A program made the position numbers and the translations under genes. DNA of 56,138 nucleotides from Spirogloea muscicola. Lineage: Eukaryota. A model generated the notes under the pieces. That model was not told the DNA's origin, did not search any database, and saw only the letters and a list, made by a program, of their open reading frames with translations. The stretch spans positions 112,326 through 168,463 of the forward strand of contig WELB01000029.1 of NCBI GenBank assembly GCA_009602725.1. The letters are read 5' to 3'. Positions 1 to 12,387 of this stretch are shown here, piece by piece; positions within the stretch are counted from its first letter, which is position 1, and every line of letters starts with the position of its first letter.

Positions 1-9
1 AGTGTCCTT

Positions 10-175
10 TTGTTCTTGTTTCCTTAATGCTTCCCCTGGCCCCTTCTCGCACTTTGTTCATTCTTTTTGGGCTGGCCTTTTCCAGCCTCTATCTTCTATG
101 GACGAGCCCTTCTCCTCTTTCCGGCCCCTTCAGACCTTGTCCATCTTTTCGGGCTGGCATTGAACAGCCCTCGCC
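10..175 (+). mobile_element. Two adjacent 3'-terminal fragments of the CRE-like non-LTR retrotransposon family
   Basis: 10-112 matches the sequence after the RLE ORF stop at 45980-46085 (+) and 54760-54870 (-). GGGCTG..CAGCC hairpins at 69-87 and 151-170. Confidence 0.75.
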
Positions 176-769
176 GCTTTTGGATGAGCTTACTTCCTAC
201 AGTGCCGTGCTGCAGCAAATCGATGCGCGACACCTTTGTCGGGGTGGCAATATCTACCAGTGGTCTGCAAGCTTTGAGATGTGTGTCAGGAAGCGGCTCT
301 CACTGAGCCTGCAGCCGTGACAGATTTTGCCCTTCACATGCGTGCTAAGTGGCCCTACGCAAAATTACCTACGTCCGAGGTGGTGCTCCGGCTCCCCCAA
401 CATCTTGTCCGACTTGCAAGTGCTCATCAGTGGATACTATACCACTTCCAAGCGTGCTTCAGACTGTTATTTCTTAGTCCCCTTCTCACGCCTTTATGCA
501 TGATGAATGTGTCGGCTCGGCTTGCCCTCCCGTTCAGTAAATTTGCACCCCCCACCTTACATGGATAATCTTCAGCACATGCTGTAGAGCTAGCCGCTCG
601 CAGTCCATTGTTCTTTGAAAGTACTTTTCTCATCATTAGCGCAGCTAGGCTCATGCCAGGAGGTATAGACGCCAAGCCCAAGTGCAAGAACGCGCGGCCA
701 AGGACGGCGTGCGACCACTGGTGTGCGACTATGTTAAGAAAGACATGAGCTGAGTTGCTCATGAAGTCC

Positions 770-1320
770 ACACATCTTGGCCAACGTCGTCATCAAGGCC
801 GACGCTTTTGACAGCTTCATTTGATGCCCTCAGCCAGTAAGGTGGGGTGCGCGGTCGCCAAAGTCGCCGGCAAAGACAAAGTCAATCACGCAAATCAAAT
901 GGTAGGGTGATGAATGATTCTGCTGGCGTCCACCAGCAACCGTCGGGCTTATAAGGCTTGTTGGCTTGACCTCCTGCACCAGCTCATGACAAGCTGTCTC
1001 CCAATGGCAGTAGGAGAGCAGCCGGTATACAACATTGCCGGCTGTTTGGCCGTCGTGTACACGGCATGCGTCTTCCCACACCGCCCCAGCGCTACCTGGA
1101 ATCTGCCCTGCATCTGCATGCTGGCCGTGCCCTGGCTGCCGCATGAGGTTATAGGTTGGGCGCCTCTCTGCCGGGTGCTGATCAAGCTGAAATGCGGCTG
1201 TGACTAAGGAGGCTATGAGCGGCCAGCCATTGTGGTCACTGGCCTAATTAATCTACGCTGTCGGACTAATTAAAAATCCTGTCCATCATCGTTGGTTGGC
1301 CTTTCACAGCCATCGCCCCC
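770..1320 (+). mobile_element. Highly degenerate CRE-like RLE-domain relic followed by the 3' hairpin
   Basis: Translates in part to ACWLDLLHQL..NIAGCLAVVY..; 'gccctgcatctgcatgctggccgtgccctggctgccgca' matches the ALHLRAGRALAAAS end of the copies at 45-55 kb. Hairpin variant at 1294-1311. Confidence 0.65.
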
Positions 1321-2459
1321 TCTGAGGAGAGCTTATCGGTCTGAAGAAAGCCAGAGGGGCCCGAATATAGTGATGACTGCTCGTGCACGTCTTGGCAGTG
1401 CTGCGAGGAACTACATAGTGGTGTGAATGTCATTATATGACAACGGCGCTGCTGCACTGATAGTGACAATCGTTGCCGGCAGTGCATGAGCTTGCTTGTG
1501 TACGCGTGAGAGCAAAGACAAGGGGAACAGCGTGTACCAAGTGACAGAGGCCAGAGGCCAAGTACCAAGGCAAGCACGTCCACAGAGTCGTGCGCCAGGT
1601 GCTAAATCGACCTTTCGGTAGCTGCACTTATGCCATAGCTGGAAAAGCGTGAATGACATTGGAGGGCTTAATTGGCCAAATTCATAGGCAAGCATATCAA
1701 ACATATGCACATCACCTGCTGCTACGCAGACCTGCTCGGTGTCCAAAAGTCGGCAAGTAGAGGTTTAGGTTTAGGCTTAAGACTTAGGACGGCAGGTGTT
1801 AGGACTGGCGCGGCAAACTCCAAGCCATTCTGCCACTACCTAGATGTGATATGCAACACTGACGGATGTATCGGCACTGACGTTCTCAACTTTCAACAGG
1901 TTGTCGTGCCACTCGCCCAGGCCCTTGCCTTACCTTAGAAGAGCTGTTTCTCCCAGTGTTGGTGTCAGCCGGTTCAACCGGATGTCTTTCAACGCCATTG
2001 CACCCAGTGTGCTCTGCGGGCCACATGTTATATTTGTGAAGCCACATTTGTAGACTCTGCTGAGTTATTTGCCTCTTCCTCTAAGGGCTCCACCCTGAGA
2101 GCCGTGTCCCATCTCCTTGGGCTCGCCTCTTACAGCCATCGCCTCCCGTCCTCTGCACTGACATCTCCACGCACAAAAAATCGGGCAGCAGTGGCTGAAG
2201 CTGAAGGCAGGAAATGAGTCAAAGAGCTCTTACAAAGTAAGGCAATGCCTGTGAAGGCCAGCCCAAAAGCAACAGCTCTTCTAATGTAATGCATTGGCTG
2301 TGAAGGCCAGCTCAAAATGAGCGACAAGGTCCAAAGGGCCAAAAGGCGCCAGAATCACACAGCTCTGCCCAAAAAAGAAGAAGGGGCGCGGTGCGCTTGA
2401 AACGAAAGCGTGGCCAGTTCAAGCCAATACAGTGTTCAGACAAAAACGAGTGCAAAGAA

Positions 2460-4975
2460 ATGGGGTCTTTGTCGACCCGTCCTACGAGCACTTCTGGAGC
2501 TGCGGGATGAGTGGGGCAGCAACAGTGGCAGGAGGGATGGCAGGGGTGGGAATGAGGGCCAGAAAAGCCGATGAGGGCCTTGACAACCTGTCCTTCAACC
2601 ACTTCTGGAGCCGCTAGAGGAGTAGGGCAGCAGCAGTGGCAGGAGGAATGGCGGAGGGGGGAAGGAGGGCCGGAAATAATGAAGACGAGGGCCTTGACAA
2701 GCTGTCCTTCATCCACTCCTGGAGCCGCTAAAGGAGTAGGGCAGCAGCAGTGGCAGGAGAGATGGTGGAGGGGGGGAAGGAGGGATGGTGGAGGGGAGAA
2801 GGAGGACCGGGAATGCCGATGAGGGCCTTGACGACCCGTCCGTCATCCACTTCTGGAGCCGCTCAAGGAGTAGGGCAGCAGCAGTGGCAGGAGGGATGGC
2901 GGAGGGGGGAAGGAGGACCGGAATTGCCGATGAGGGCCTTGACGACCCGTCCTTCATCCACTTCTGGAGCCGCTCAAGGAGTAGGGCAGCAGCTGTGGCA
3001 GGAGGGATGGCGGAGGGGGGAAGGAGGACCGGAATTGCCGATGAGGGCCTTGACGACCCGTCCTTCATCCACTTCTGGAGCCGCTCAAGGAGTAGGGCAG
3101 CAGCTGTGGCAGGAGGGATGGCGGAGGGGGGAAGGAGGACCGGAATTGCCGATGAGGGCCTTGACGACCCGTCCTTCATCCACTTCTGGAGCCGCTCAAG
3201 GAGTAGGGCAGCAGCTGTGGCAGGAGGGATGGCGGAGGGGGGAAGGAGGACCGGAATTGCCGATGAGGGCCTTGACGACCCGTCCTTCATCCACTTCTGG
3301 AGCCGCTCAAGGAGTAGGGCAGCAGCTGTGGCAGGAGGGATGGCGGAGGGGGGAAGGAGGACCGGAATTGCCGATGAGGGCCTTGACGACCCGTCCTTCA
3401 TCCACTTCTGGAGCCGCTCAAGGAGTAGGGCAGCAGCTGTGGCAGGAGGGATGGCGGAGGGGGGAAGGAGGACCGGAATTGCCGATGAGGGCCTTGACGA
3501 CCCGTCCTTCATCCACTTCTGGAGCCGCTCAAGGAGTAGGGCAGCAGCTGTGGCAGGAGGGATGGCGGAGGGGGGAAGGAGGACCGGAATTGCCGATGAG
3601 GGCCTTGACGACCCGTCCTTCATCCACTTCTGGAGCCGCTCAAGGAGTAGGGCAGCAGCTGTGGCAGGAGGGATGGCGGAGGGGGGAAGGAGGACCGGAA
3701 TTGCCGATGAGGGCCTTGACGACCCGTCCTTCATCCACTTCTGGAGCCGCTCAAGGAGTAGGGCAGCAGCTGTGGCAGGAGGGATGGCGGAGGGGGGAAG
3801 GAGGACCGGAATTGCCGATGAGGGCCTTGACGACCCGTCCTTCATCCACTTCTGGAGCCGCTCAAGGAGTAGGGCAGCAGCTGTGGCAGGAGGGATGGCG
3901 GAGGGGGGAAGGAGGACCGGAATTGCCGATGAGGGCCTTGACGACCCGTCCTTCATCCACTTCTGGAGCCGCTCAAGGAGTAGGGCAGCAGCTGTGGCAG
4001 GAGGGATGGCGGAGGGGGGAAGGAGGACCGGAATTGCCGATGAGGGCCTTGACGACCCGTCCTTCATCCACTTCTGGAGCCGCTCAAGGAGTAGGGCAGC
4101 AGCTGTGGCAGGAGGGATGGCGGAGGGGGGAAGGAGGACCGGAATTGCCGATGAGGGCCTTGACGACCCGTCCTTCATCCACTTCTGGAGCCGCTCAAGG
4201 AGTAGGGCAGCAGCTGTGGCAGGAGGGATGGCGGAGGGGGGAAGGAGGACCGGAATTGCCGATGAGGGCCTTGACGACCCGTCCTTCATCCACTTCTGGA
4301 GCCGCTCAAGGAGTAGGGCAGCAGCTGTGGCAGGAGGGATGGCGGAGGGGGGAAGGAGGACCGGAATTGCCGATGAGGGCCTTGACGACCCGTCCTTCAT
4401 CCACTTCTGGAGCCGCTCAAGGAGTAGGGCAGCAGCTGTGGCAGGAGGGATGGCGGAGGGGGGAAGGAGGACCGGAATTGCCGATGAGGGCCTTGACGAC
4501 CCGTCCTTCATCCACTTCTGGAGCCGCTCAAGGAGTAGGGCAGCAGCTGTGGCAGGAGGGATGGCGGAGGGGGGAAGGAGGACCGGAATTGCCGATGAGG
4601 GCCTTGACGACCCGTCCTTCATCCACTTCTGGAGCCGCTCAAGGAGTAGGGCAGCAGCTGTGGCAGGAGGGATGGCGGAGGGGGGAAGGAGGACCGGAAT
4701 TGCCGATGAGGGCCTTGACGACCCGTCCTTCATCCACTTCTGGAGCCGCTCAAGGAGTAGGGCAGCAGCTGTGGCAGGAGGGATGGCGGAGGGGGGAAGG
4801 AGGACCGGAATTGCCGATGAGGGCCTTGACGACCCGTCCTTCATCCACTTCTGGAGCCGCTCAAGGAGTAGGGCAGCAGCTGTGGCAGGAGGGATGGCGG
4901 AGGGGGGAAGGAGGACCGGAATTGCCGATGAGGGCCTTGACGACCCGTCCTTCATCCACTTCTGGAGCCGCTCAA
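2460..4975. repeat. 111-bp tandem minisatellite: about 20 near-identical units from ~2810 plus ~3 diverged units to the left
   Basis: 'gatgagggccttgacgaccc' starts at 2818, 2929 ... 4927 (19 x 111 bp apart). The array ends at a single N (4976). Confidence 0.97.
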
Positions 4976-5217
4976 NCTCTCTCTCTCTCTCCCTCCCCCC
5001 CCCCTCTGTCTTCCTCTCCCTGGAAAGGGGCGGGGAAGATGGCCGAGGCGCTCGGGGATCCCACTTCGCCAGCAGCTCGCACCGCCGCCACGCGCCTGCT
5101 GCCGCCCAAGCGGCAAACGCGGTCGCAGCCGCCCTCGCACCCGAGCCTGGCAACTTCACCACGCGGCATATCGTGCTGCAGCCCAGAGCTGCCTCTGGCG
5201 CTCTCAAGGAGAGCCAT

Positions 5218-8200
5218 TTGAGATCCACCAGCCGTCACAGATCGTCTTCCGAGGCCGTCATAGTGCTGCTTGCTCTGCGCTCCCTCGCCTGTGCACCTTC
5301 AGCGTCCACTGCCAGCCACGTATAGTGGCACTGGACATCTGACAGGTCGCGCTTGCTCGCGTCCGCGTTTTGTCGGCTTGCACAGTGTCAGGCAAGACTC
5401 AACACCTGAGCTAAAGCCAGTCTGCTCAAGTGCCAGATGACCACCAGAAGTCCCGAGGTTTGCCAGAGGGAGCTGCCAAAATCGACAGTCATGTTCATGT
5501 TGTTGTTCCACCTTCTGATCGACTTGCATCGAACACTAGCTCTTCTCCTCCTCAAACAGACAGCTGAGCAGCCAGCAACTCCGAGGTACATGCACTGCTT
5601 GCAATGCATCAACCACAAGTTTCTGTGGATGTTGTGTACGACCACAGATTTATCCTATTACCAATCTTAGAATCTGTATTGCTGCTATAATATCAACAGG
5701 AGCTGCTTGTTACTAGAAGGGATCATATAGTCCTCTGTGCCACCTTGCATTGTATAACACTCCCTACATTGGTCCTTACAGTGATTTTTGGAGCTCGTTA
5801 CGCCTCCTCAAGAAGCTGCATTGGCTGACAAGCAGCTCGAATTTGGCTGCAGCTTGCAGTTTAAAGACATCGGTGAGGCCCACTCTTCACTCTGGTGGTC
5901 GTCGCAGTGGAAGCAGGACTACCTTCTCCACCAGGCGGAAAGCGACAAGGTGACCAGGATTTGCGACTGAGCCCATGGGCGTTTGTAGCAGGCATCCACT
6001 TTGCAAAGCATGAGCACCACCATGGTAGCCCACCATCCCGCCATTATGAATGGGAACTCAGACTGCGGGAGCCAACGTAACAATGTAGCCAATATGGATG
6101 TCGAGCAGGTCAGAGCACAGATGCACTACCACAAGGTGACGTGCATCGGACCGTGGAAGCCGCCAAAGGGAGCTCCTGCCCCAAAGGGCCGACTGGCGCT
6201 GGGGTTCGAGGCACAGACCGGCACACCCCAAGCTGATTTCGTGGCTGCCTTTTCACAGCCTCAGAGACGGAACCTGAACATGGCCTTCAATACGACCCTC
6301 CGCTCAGGCTTTACTGTCGGTGCTGGCAGCTACTTCGTGGACTTCGCCATAGGCGAGCCTGCGCAGCCCCTTCTCCTCGTGGCCGACACAGGCAGCGACC
6401 TGCTTTGGACGCAGGTGAATCCCTAGCACTGTGCATGATGGCTACTGCTCCATTGCTATCACATGCACATTTGCTGCATTGTCGACCACAAGCAGGAAGG
6501 AAAGCCTCGCTGGTGGATACTCTTTTTGTCATGACTAGCAGTTTGCATGCTTGCAAAGGAGGCCCGAGGAGCTACGTAAGCTTATGCATGTCAGATGAAA
6601 TGATGCAGAATCATGAGCATATGGAGTGGGCAGACCTGCACACAGACAACCAGTGCATTGCTACCGCCTTGATAAGTCGATCTCGTATGTGCTTTTCTGC
6701 AGTGCTTGCCATGCTCAAGTTGTTATGCACAGAGAGGACCAGCCTTTGACCCACTGTTATCGTCGACCTTTAAGCCTCTTGGCTGCGGAGCTGCACCATG
6801 CGTGTTCGTGGAGGGAACAGCAGACGAGTGTCAGGGCTCCGGTTTCATCAACAACTGCACGTATACTTACAGGTATGCTGGCCACCAAAGCAAACGTACA
6901 GGTTCCAGCTGGGATCTCATACACGACCAGAATCCTACAACCTTAGTATGGCCGAAAGAACAAGAACTCCTGTATCTCTTTTACCCTCTTGAAGTGTGTA
7001 TCGCATCGCATTCAGAATCTCATTGTCCTTTATGCTACCTCAAATTTCGAGATCACATTACTGCAAAGTTACTGAAGAAGATATGTCGTAGTATCCTCAT
7101 CAACACTGCCTGTCCAGCTACGGAGACAACTCTCTGACAAGAGGCAGCCTGGCGCTTGAGACATTGTGGCTGAAAACGACAACTGGCAGTATTTTCCGCC
7201 TTGTGGACACAACCTTTGGCTGTGGCCATGACAACTCTGGAACATTCAAATATGCTGGGGGCCTTCTTGGCCTTGGCAGAGGGCCTCTGTCTTTAGTCAA
7301 CCAGGTTTGCAGACATTGCTTTCGAGTAGATGGTTGTTGGATTTACCAACTTACTTGTTCCCTTTGTGTCATAGGATGCTGTCATCTTCGTCCCATCAAG
7401 TCAGCTGAGACAAGGCCAGAAAGTGCACAGCTGCAACCCTTGAGCTTGCTTGCAGCCACGTATCAAAGTTTCATCTATTGACACTAACTAAAACATTTTC
7501 GATCTGGGGGTGTGCAGCTGGATGATGCATACGACTCTGTTTTCACACTGTGCCTCCCAAGTATTTCCTCTCCCTTTAGCAGCCCCAGCCGATTGACATT
7601 TGGATCAGCTGGTGTACCAAGTACAGGCGTGACATACACGCCACTAGTGAACAACCTTGTCCAAATGTTATATTACGGGTACACCACATTTTACTACGTG
7701 CATGTGGCAAGCATTCTCGCTGGTGGCACAGCTCTGAGCATACCAGCTTCAGCCTTCACCGTTGACACTGCTGGAGGAGGCGGAACATTCTTTGACTCTG
7801 GCACAACTTTGACCCTGTCAGTGACGGTTCACACATTGCAGTCACGCACTTTTAGCACTGGTCCTGTTGTATAAAGAGATTGTAAACAGCCTGTGCTGTG
7901 TGAGAGCAAATAAAAATCATTAAGACTTCTGGAAGGTCACTACATTTGGTTTTCCTGTGTAGCTTGGTACCAGACGCCTACTATGCTGTCATAGCGTACT
8001 TGACCACAACCATTCAGTTGCCAAGGTGCGCTAAAACATGTCAGGACAACACGGCACTGTATCCGTGCATTTTGTTTATCTGCTGAGGCTGCTTAAGCTT
8101 ATCTCTTTCGCAGAAGAATTGCACTTTCATCTGCTGCAATTCGTGGTTTAACAATGTCACCATCTCTGAATGATCTTTCGTGTCGGCTATTTCTGCAGGG

Positions 8201-9337
8201 CTGCTGCAGTGGGCAATTTGCAATTGTGCTGGACCTTTGAAGATTACGTTGGTGCCATGGCCAATTTTCCTGTCCTTACTTTTCGAATGGCAGGCGGCGC
8301 TGACTACACAGTACCATCCATCAACTACGTCGCTCCTGTAACTCATGCAACTCTTTGCACCATGATCATCCCCAGTAAAATCAACATCATCGGAAATATT
8401 GCACAACAGAATACTCTCATGGTATATGACAACAAGCAGCAGCGAGTGAGTTCTTGAAATGATATGATGAGCTTAGATACATGGTTGTCCAAGCACTTGA
8501 AGTACTTTACTGCATCATACCTAATGTGATGCTTCACATTTCTTGTAGCGACAAAGGGCATGCCAAGTGTCAGACTTCGTATGGGCTTCCTCAGACCCTG
8601 AAAGCCATGAATGTAGTCCCTGCGGGGCAGATCAAGTCCTTATCCGACATTCAGCAACAATGTGCTCCCAATAAAGTTGGTCGTCACTCTGATTGGCATA
8701 TTCATTCAAGGCCCAACATGATCTGACGTCTTATGGGTTGCAGTTGGGATGGATGCCCCTCAACTGCACTACCAAGGGGCCCCTTGCTGATGCTGCTAGC
8801 TCACCAGAAATGCCATCGGCCCCTCCGCTTTACTTTCCTCCACCTCCACCTCCACCTCCACCTCCACCTCCACCTCCACCTCCACCTCCACCTCCACCTC
8901 CACCTCCACCTCCACCTCCACCTCCACCTCCACCTCCACCTCCACCTCCACCTCCACCTCCACCTCCACCTCCACCTCCACCTCCACCTCCACCTCCACC
9001 TCCACCTCCACCTCCACCTCCACCTCCACCTCCACCTCCACCTCCACCTCCACCTCCACCTCCTCCACCTCCACCTCCACCTCCACCTCCACATCCTCCT
9101 CCACCTCCACCTACATCTCCCCCTCCACCTCCACATCAAACTCAATCTCCACCTCCAAGTTGGCCTTCTCTCCCACCTTCACCCCTGCTTCCGCCGCCGT
9201 CTCCGCCAACACCTCTGCCTCCACCTCTGACTAATACTCTATCTCAGCCTCCATCTTCACAAGGACCACCTCTGCGTCCACCTCCAACGCCGCCTCCACG
9301 ACCGCCACCCTCTGGGCCGCCTGATTTGAGCTCATAA
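5218..9337 (+). CDS. A1-family (pepsin/nepenthesin-like) aspartic protease with C-terminal polyproline/extensin-like tail; 5' end uncertain, possibly a pseudogene
   Basis: Approximate GT-AG exons 5782-5949, 6109-6414, 6703-6872, 7118-7304, 7518-7816, 7963-8025, 8199-8445, 8744-9337. Motifs GSYFVDFAIGEP, DTGSDLLW, Cys-rich insert, FGCGHDN, GLLGLGRGPLS, DSGTT, IIGNIAQQN..YD. Putative upstream exons ~5218-5319 and 5560-5585. Confidence 0.88.
8837..9090 (+). repeat. (CCACCT)n hexamer repeat encoding polyproline
   Basis: Directly visible; in frame with the last protease exon. Confidence 0.97.
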
Positions 9338-11479
9338 CAATCATCCGGCTCCTTGTCTTCATTGCCACCACAGTATGTTCCTCGACCATCTCCTGTGCCT
9401 CCTCCTCCTTTCTCCCACTCTCCCTATAGCCGTTCATGCTAGCGTCAATGGTGCTACAGACTGCTCAATTTATGTTCCAGCTGACTGCTCAAACAACCCA
9501 CTGTCCTCCTATCTGGGGCTTCTCACTGCATCTCGTCCAGTCTTTTGGCGCTGGCCTTTCACGCTGGCCTTTCACAGCCACCATCTCCCTGTTGTGGGTG
9601 AATAGTCTTCCTGACTTACACACTCCACCCACTCATCCTCCTCGCTCAAGACCTCAACACCTCTCACTGCATCTGTCACTGCGTCAACGGCACTCTTTCC
9701 TTTTCCACTTAGATCGCGCTATGAAGAGGTCCTCACCTTAACAAAGCCTTCTCCTCCCGCTCGGCTCCCATCCTCATCCCAACGTGCCGGCTGATGTAAC
9801 CAATTCTTTCTTATCGTACAAGGTGTAACTGGAGCATACTCGTGTCTCCTGCCAAATCTCCCACGTGTGCAACCTGCCCACCTGTGCAAATTGCCCGCGT
9901 ATCTAGAAGATTACTGCGTCAGCCCAACGCCAATACCTCGCAATTTGGCCGCCTCAATGTCAGCTTCCACTTTGCCACTTTGCCTTTCGAGTCAGCAGTT
10001 GTCCGACTTAGCGCTTCTCCTCCAGCTCCATCGACTTCACCTGTACACACCCTGCAGATGCTACCACCTGCTTTGACGGCAGCTCCTTGGCCACATGCAC
10101 ATTGAGAGAACCCCTTTCCTAATGCCCATCGAGCCCCTCCTTTGTTGTCCACCTTCATCTCGTATGATATGCAAGCCATGCTCATCCCAAGCTGTCCTTT
10201 ACTCCATCCAATCACATTTTGCTGGATTGTTTCCTGATTTGAGAAAGCAAAGTACAGACATCTCCAAAACTCACTTCAACAAATTTCTCAACTCAACAAG
10301 AGTTGGTGTGGATGTCAAGGTCCACATGCATGTTATGCAAGCACCTTTTTCAGCCCAATGGCTTGCACAAGCAGTGGCTTCCAACGAGGACAGCGTAGGA
10401 GTATACAGCCCGAGCCAATATATGACTAGTACCTTGTGCTGTTTATAATTCGACTTACATAGAAGCATAAGGGATAAATGATGATCATCGGTGTTGATAG
10501 GAGCATTGCCTGATCAGTAATCGGTACCCCAAGGATCTTGCCGAGCGGCTCATCCTATAAAGATCTCAGGCAACGTAAGTTCCAAATTGCGTCCCACTCT
10601 GCTTTCTGGGACTGTTAGTCTCTTGCCACATCCATGAAGAAGCTCGGCTAGAGATTTCTTGTTTTATTTCCAGTAATTGCACATTTTGCAAGTTCACATG
10701 TAATTCTGCTGAAGAACGTCACTGTTGGTTACAGCACAAACTATGAAGTGCAGATTACGGGCTCATATTTAACATCATCGTGCACAAGTAGAGTGTCGCA
10801 GCGCGTGTTGCAAGATCATCGTGTCAGAGGACGTCAACAATTGCCCACGATGGAGGCAATCGGCAGAGCTTCTTAGAGGAGGATGCTCTGACGACACTTC
10901 AAACCAGCATAACAAGAAAGATCGCTGGTATACATACGTGTCCCGGGTGTGAAGAATTAGCTCCTGCTCTCACTATTTCATGCTCTTGCATGCCAGTGTT
11001 CTGTCAAGACAGGCAGGTAAAGACTTGCTCGTGACGAGAGCAGCGACTACTGTTCTGCTGCAGCCAATCAAGCTAGCCAGGGTAGCCAGGGACAGCGATG
11101 AGGCTAGCAGACCTGTGCGTGGTTGAGAATCCGCATGTCCTGAAAGGAAGGCCGATCCTCGCGCGAAGAGAGTAAAAGTGCTTCCAGAGGGGCGCGGTGT
11201 TGTGGGTGGCCAGCTCAGGAGAGGTGGCTAAGGGTCCAAGAGAGTCGGCAAGCGCATACCACTCGCTCAAATGGACGAGACCTCTAAAACCCGCATGACG
11301 GCTGCGTAGAAGACCCTTGCCGGCTCTGAGCGGACGCCCAAGATGGGGCGGTTGGATCCAGGAGAGCCATGTTGCGGGCAGCACAGTCGTGGGTCTGAGC
11401 GGCGTACCTCGGACGGGCGGCAGGGTGCCGGGTGGCCTCGGGTGGCCTCCCCGCGCCCGACGTGCCGAGGGCAGGGTTT

Positions 11480-11730
11480 GCAGCGTGTGTTGAGTGATGG
11501 AGGGCCTGAGTGGCTAAGTACAATGGCCAGCACACTGACAAATATACGCCACCATGCTGCTAACCTGACCCGCTCAGTAGGGAAGTGAGCTCTTTCAGAG
11601 GGGGCGGGGGCTGTGAAAAGCCAGCCCAGATTGAATGAACAACCAAACAGCTCTTCCAATATAAGGCAGTGGCTGTGAGAGGCCAGCCCAAGAGACGTGA
11701 GCAAGGTCTGAAGGGTCAAAAGGCGCCAGT
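11480..11730 (-). mobile_element. Stacked 3'-end fragments of the CRE-like family
   Basis: 11485-11580 resembles 53335-53425 and 52110-52160. Hairpin copies at 11608-11627 and 11671-11689, the latter with the 'acaaggtctgaaggg'-type flank. Confidence 0.65.
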
Positions 11731-12387
11731 AAGGTCGGCGCAGTGGCGGAGGGCGGCGAGGGCGAGCCAGGGCCGCGGCGCGGCGGCGGCCATGGCGGGC
11801 GGCGGCCCTTGGGGGGCTCCGCTCAGCCTGCAGCTGCGCCGAAGGGGTACGTTTGCCCCCCCCAATCCCCCCCCCCCCGGGCGGGGAGTTTGCTCTGGAC
11901 ACTGTTCAGCTTCCTCCTTTTGAAAGGGAACGAAAAAGGAAAGACGAGGGACCGCTGATCCTCCCGGGGGATCGAGGAGGGGGGATTTGACTGGCTCCCC
12001 ACAGAATTCGTCGCCCCCCGAGGAGCCAGGGCGGAGTTTTGCTCGGCCGCCGTCTGAGCTCCACGTGGCGGTCGCAAGGGCCCTGTCCCCCGGGGGCCCG
12101 GGGCCGGCCAAGCGGGCCGAGCTGGCGACCGACGCCGTAGGATCCAGGTAGATCCGATGGCGGCTACGGGCAGGACTTTCCCCCGCCCCCGGCGGCCACC
12201 CCGACCAGCTGCGTCAGATAAACACCCCAGCGGCCGCCATGGCTGCCCCGCGCCTGGCTCTGGCGGCGGCGGCGGCGGCGGGCTGCGCGCCGCGCTCGCA
12301 TAAGCGCGGCCGTCGCCGGCAAGGTCCGCCGTAGGCACAAGCCGAGCGACGCAGCGCCATCCGGTCGGCGGCGGTCGCGGCGCGGAC

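Noticed and set aside
400..435. Hammerhead ribozyme on the - strand (CTGATGAG..stem), also considered at ~30280 and in the 111-bp unit
   Set aside because: The required GAAA core segment is absent and no convincing stems I/III were found.
330..2200. ORFs 427-771 and 1411-1746 (-) as genes
   Set aside because: No recognisable motif or consistent exon chain; interleaved with retroelement scraps.
2810..4975. CRISPR array
   Set aside because: Units are identical end to end with no unique spacers, the context is eukaryotic and no cas genes are present.
2709..5325. 823-846 aa ORFs as real genes
   Set aside because: They arise from a stop-free 111-bp unit, cross an N junction and have no recognisable domain.
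6238..6262. Hairpin-like 'ggctgccttttcacagcc' inside the protease exon as an exonised element
   Set aside because: It is a short match without the module's flanks and could be chance.
12239..12334. Upstream ATG as the phosphatase start with a transit peptide
   Set aside because: The frame hits TAG before reaching the coding region; 12388 was used instead.
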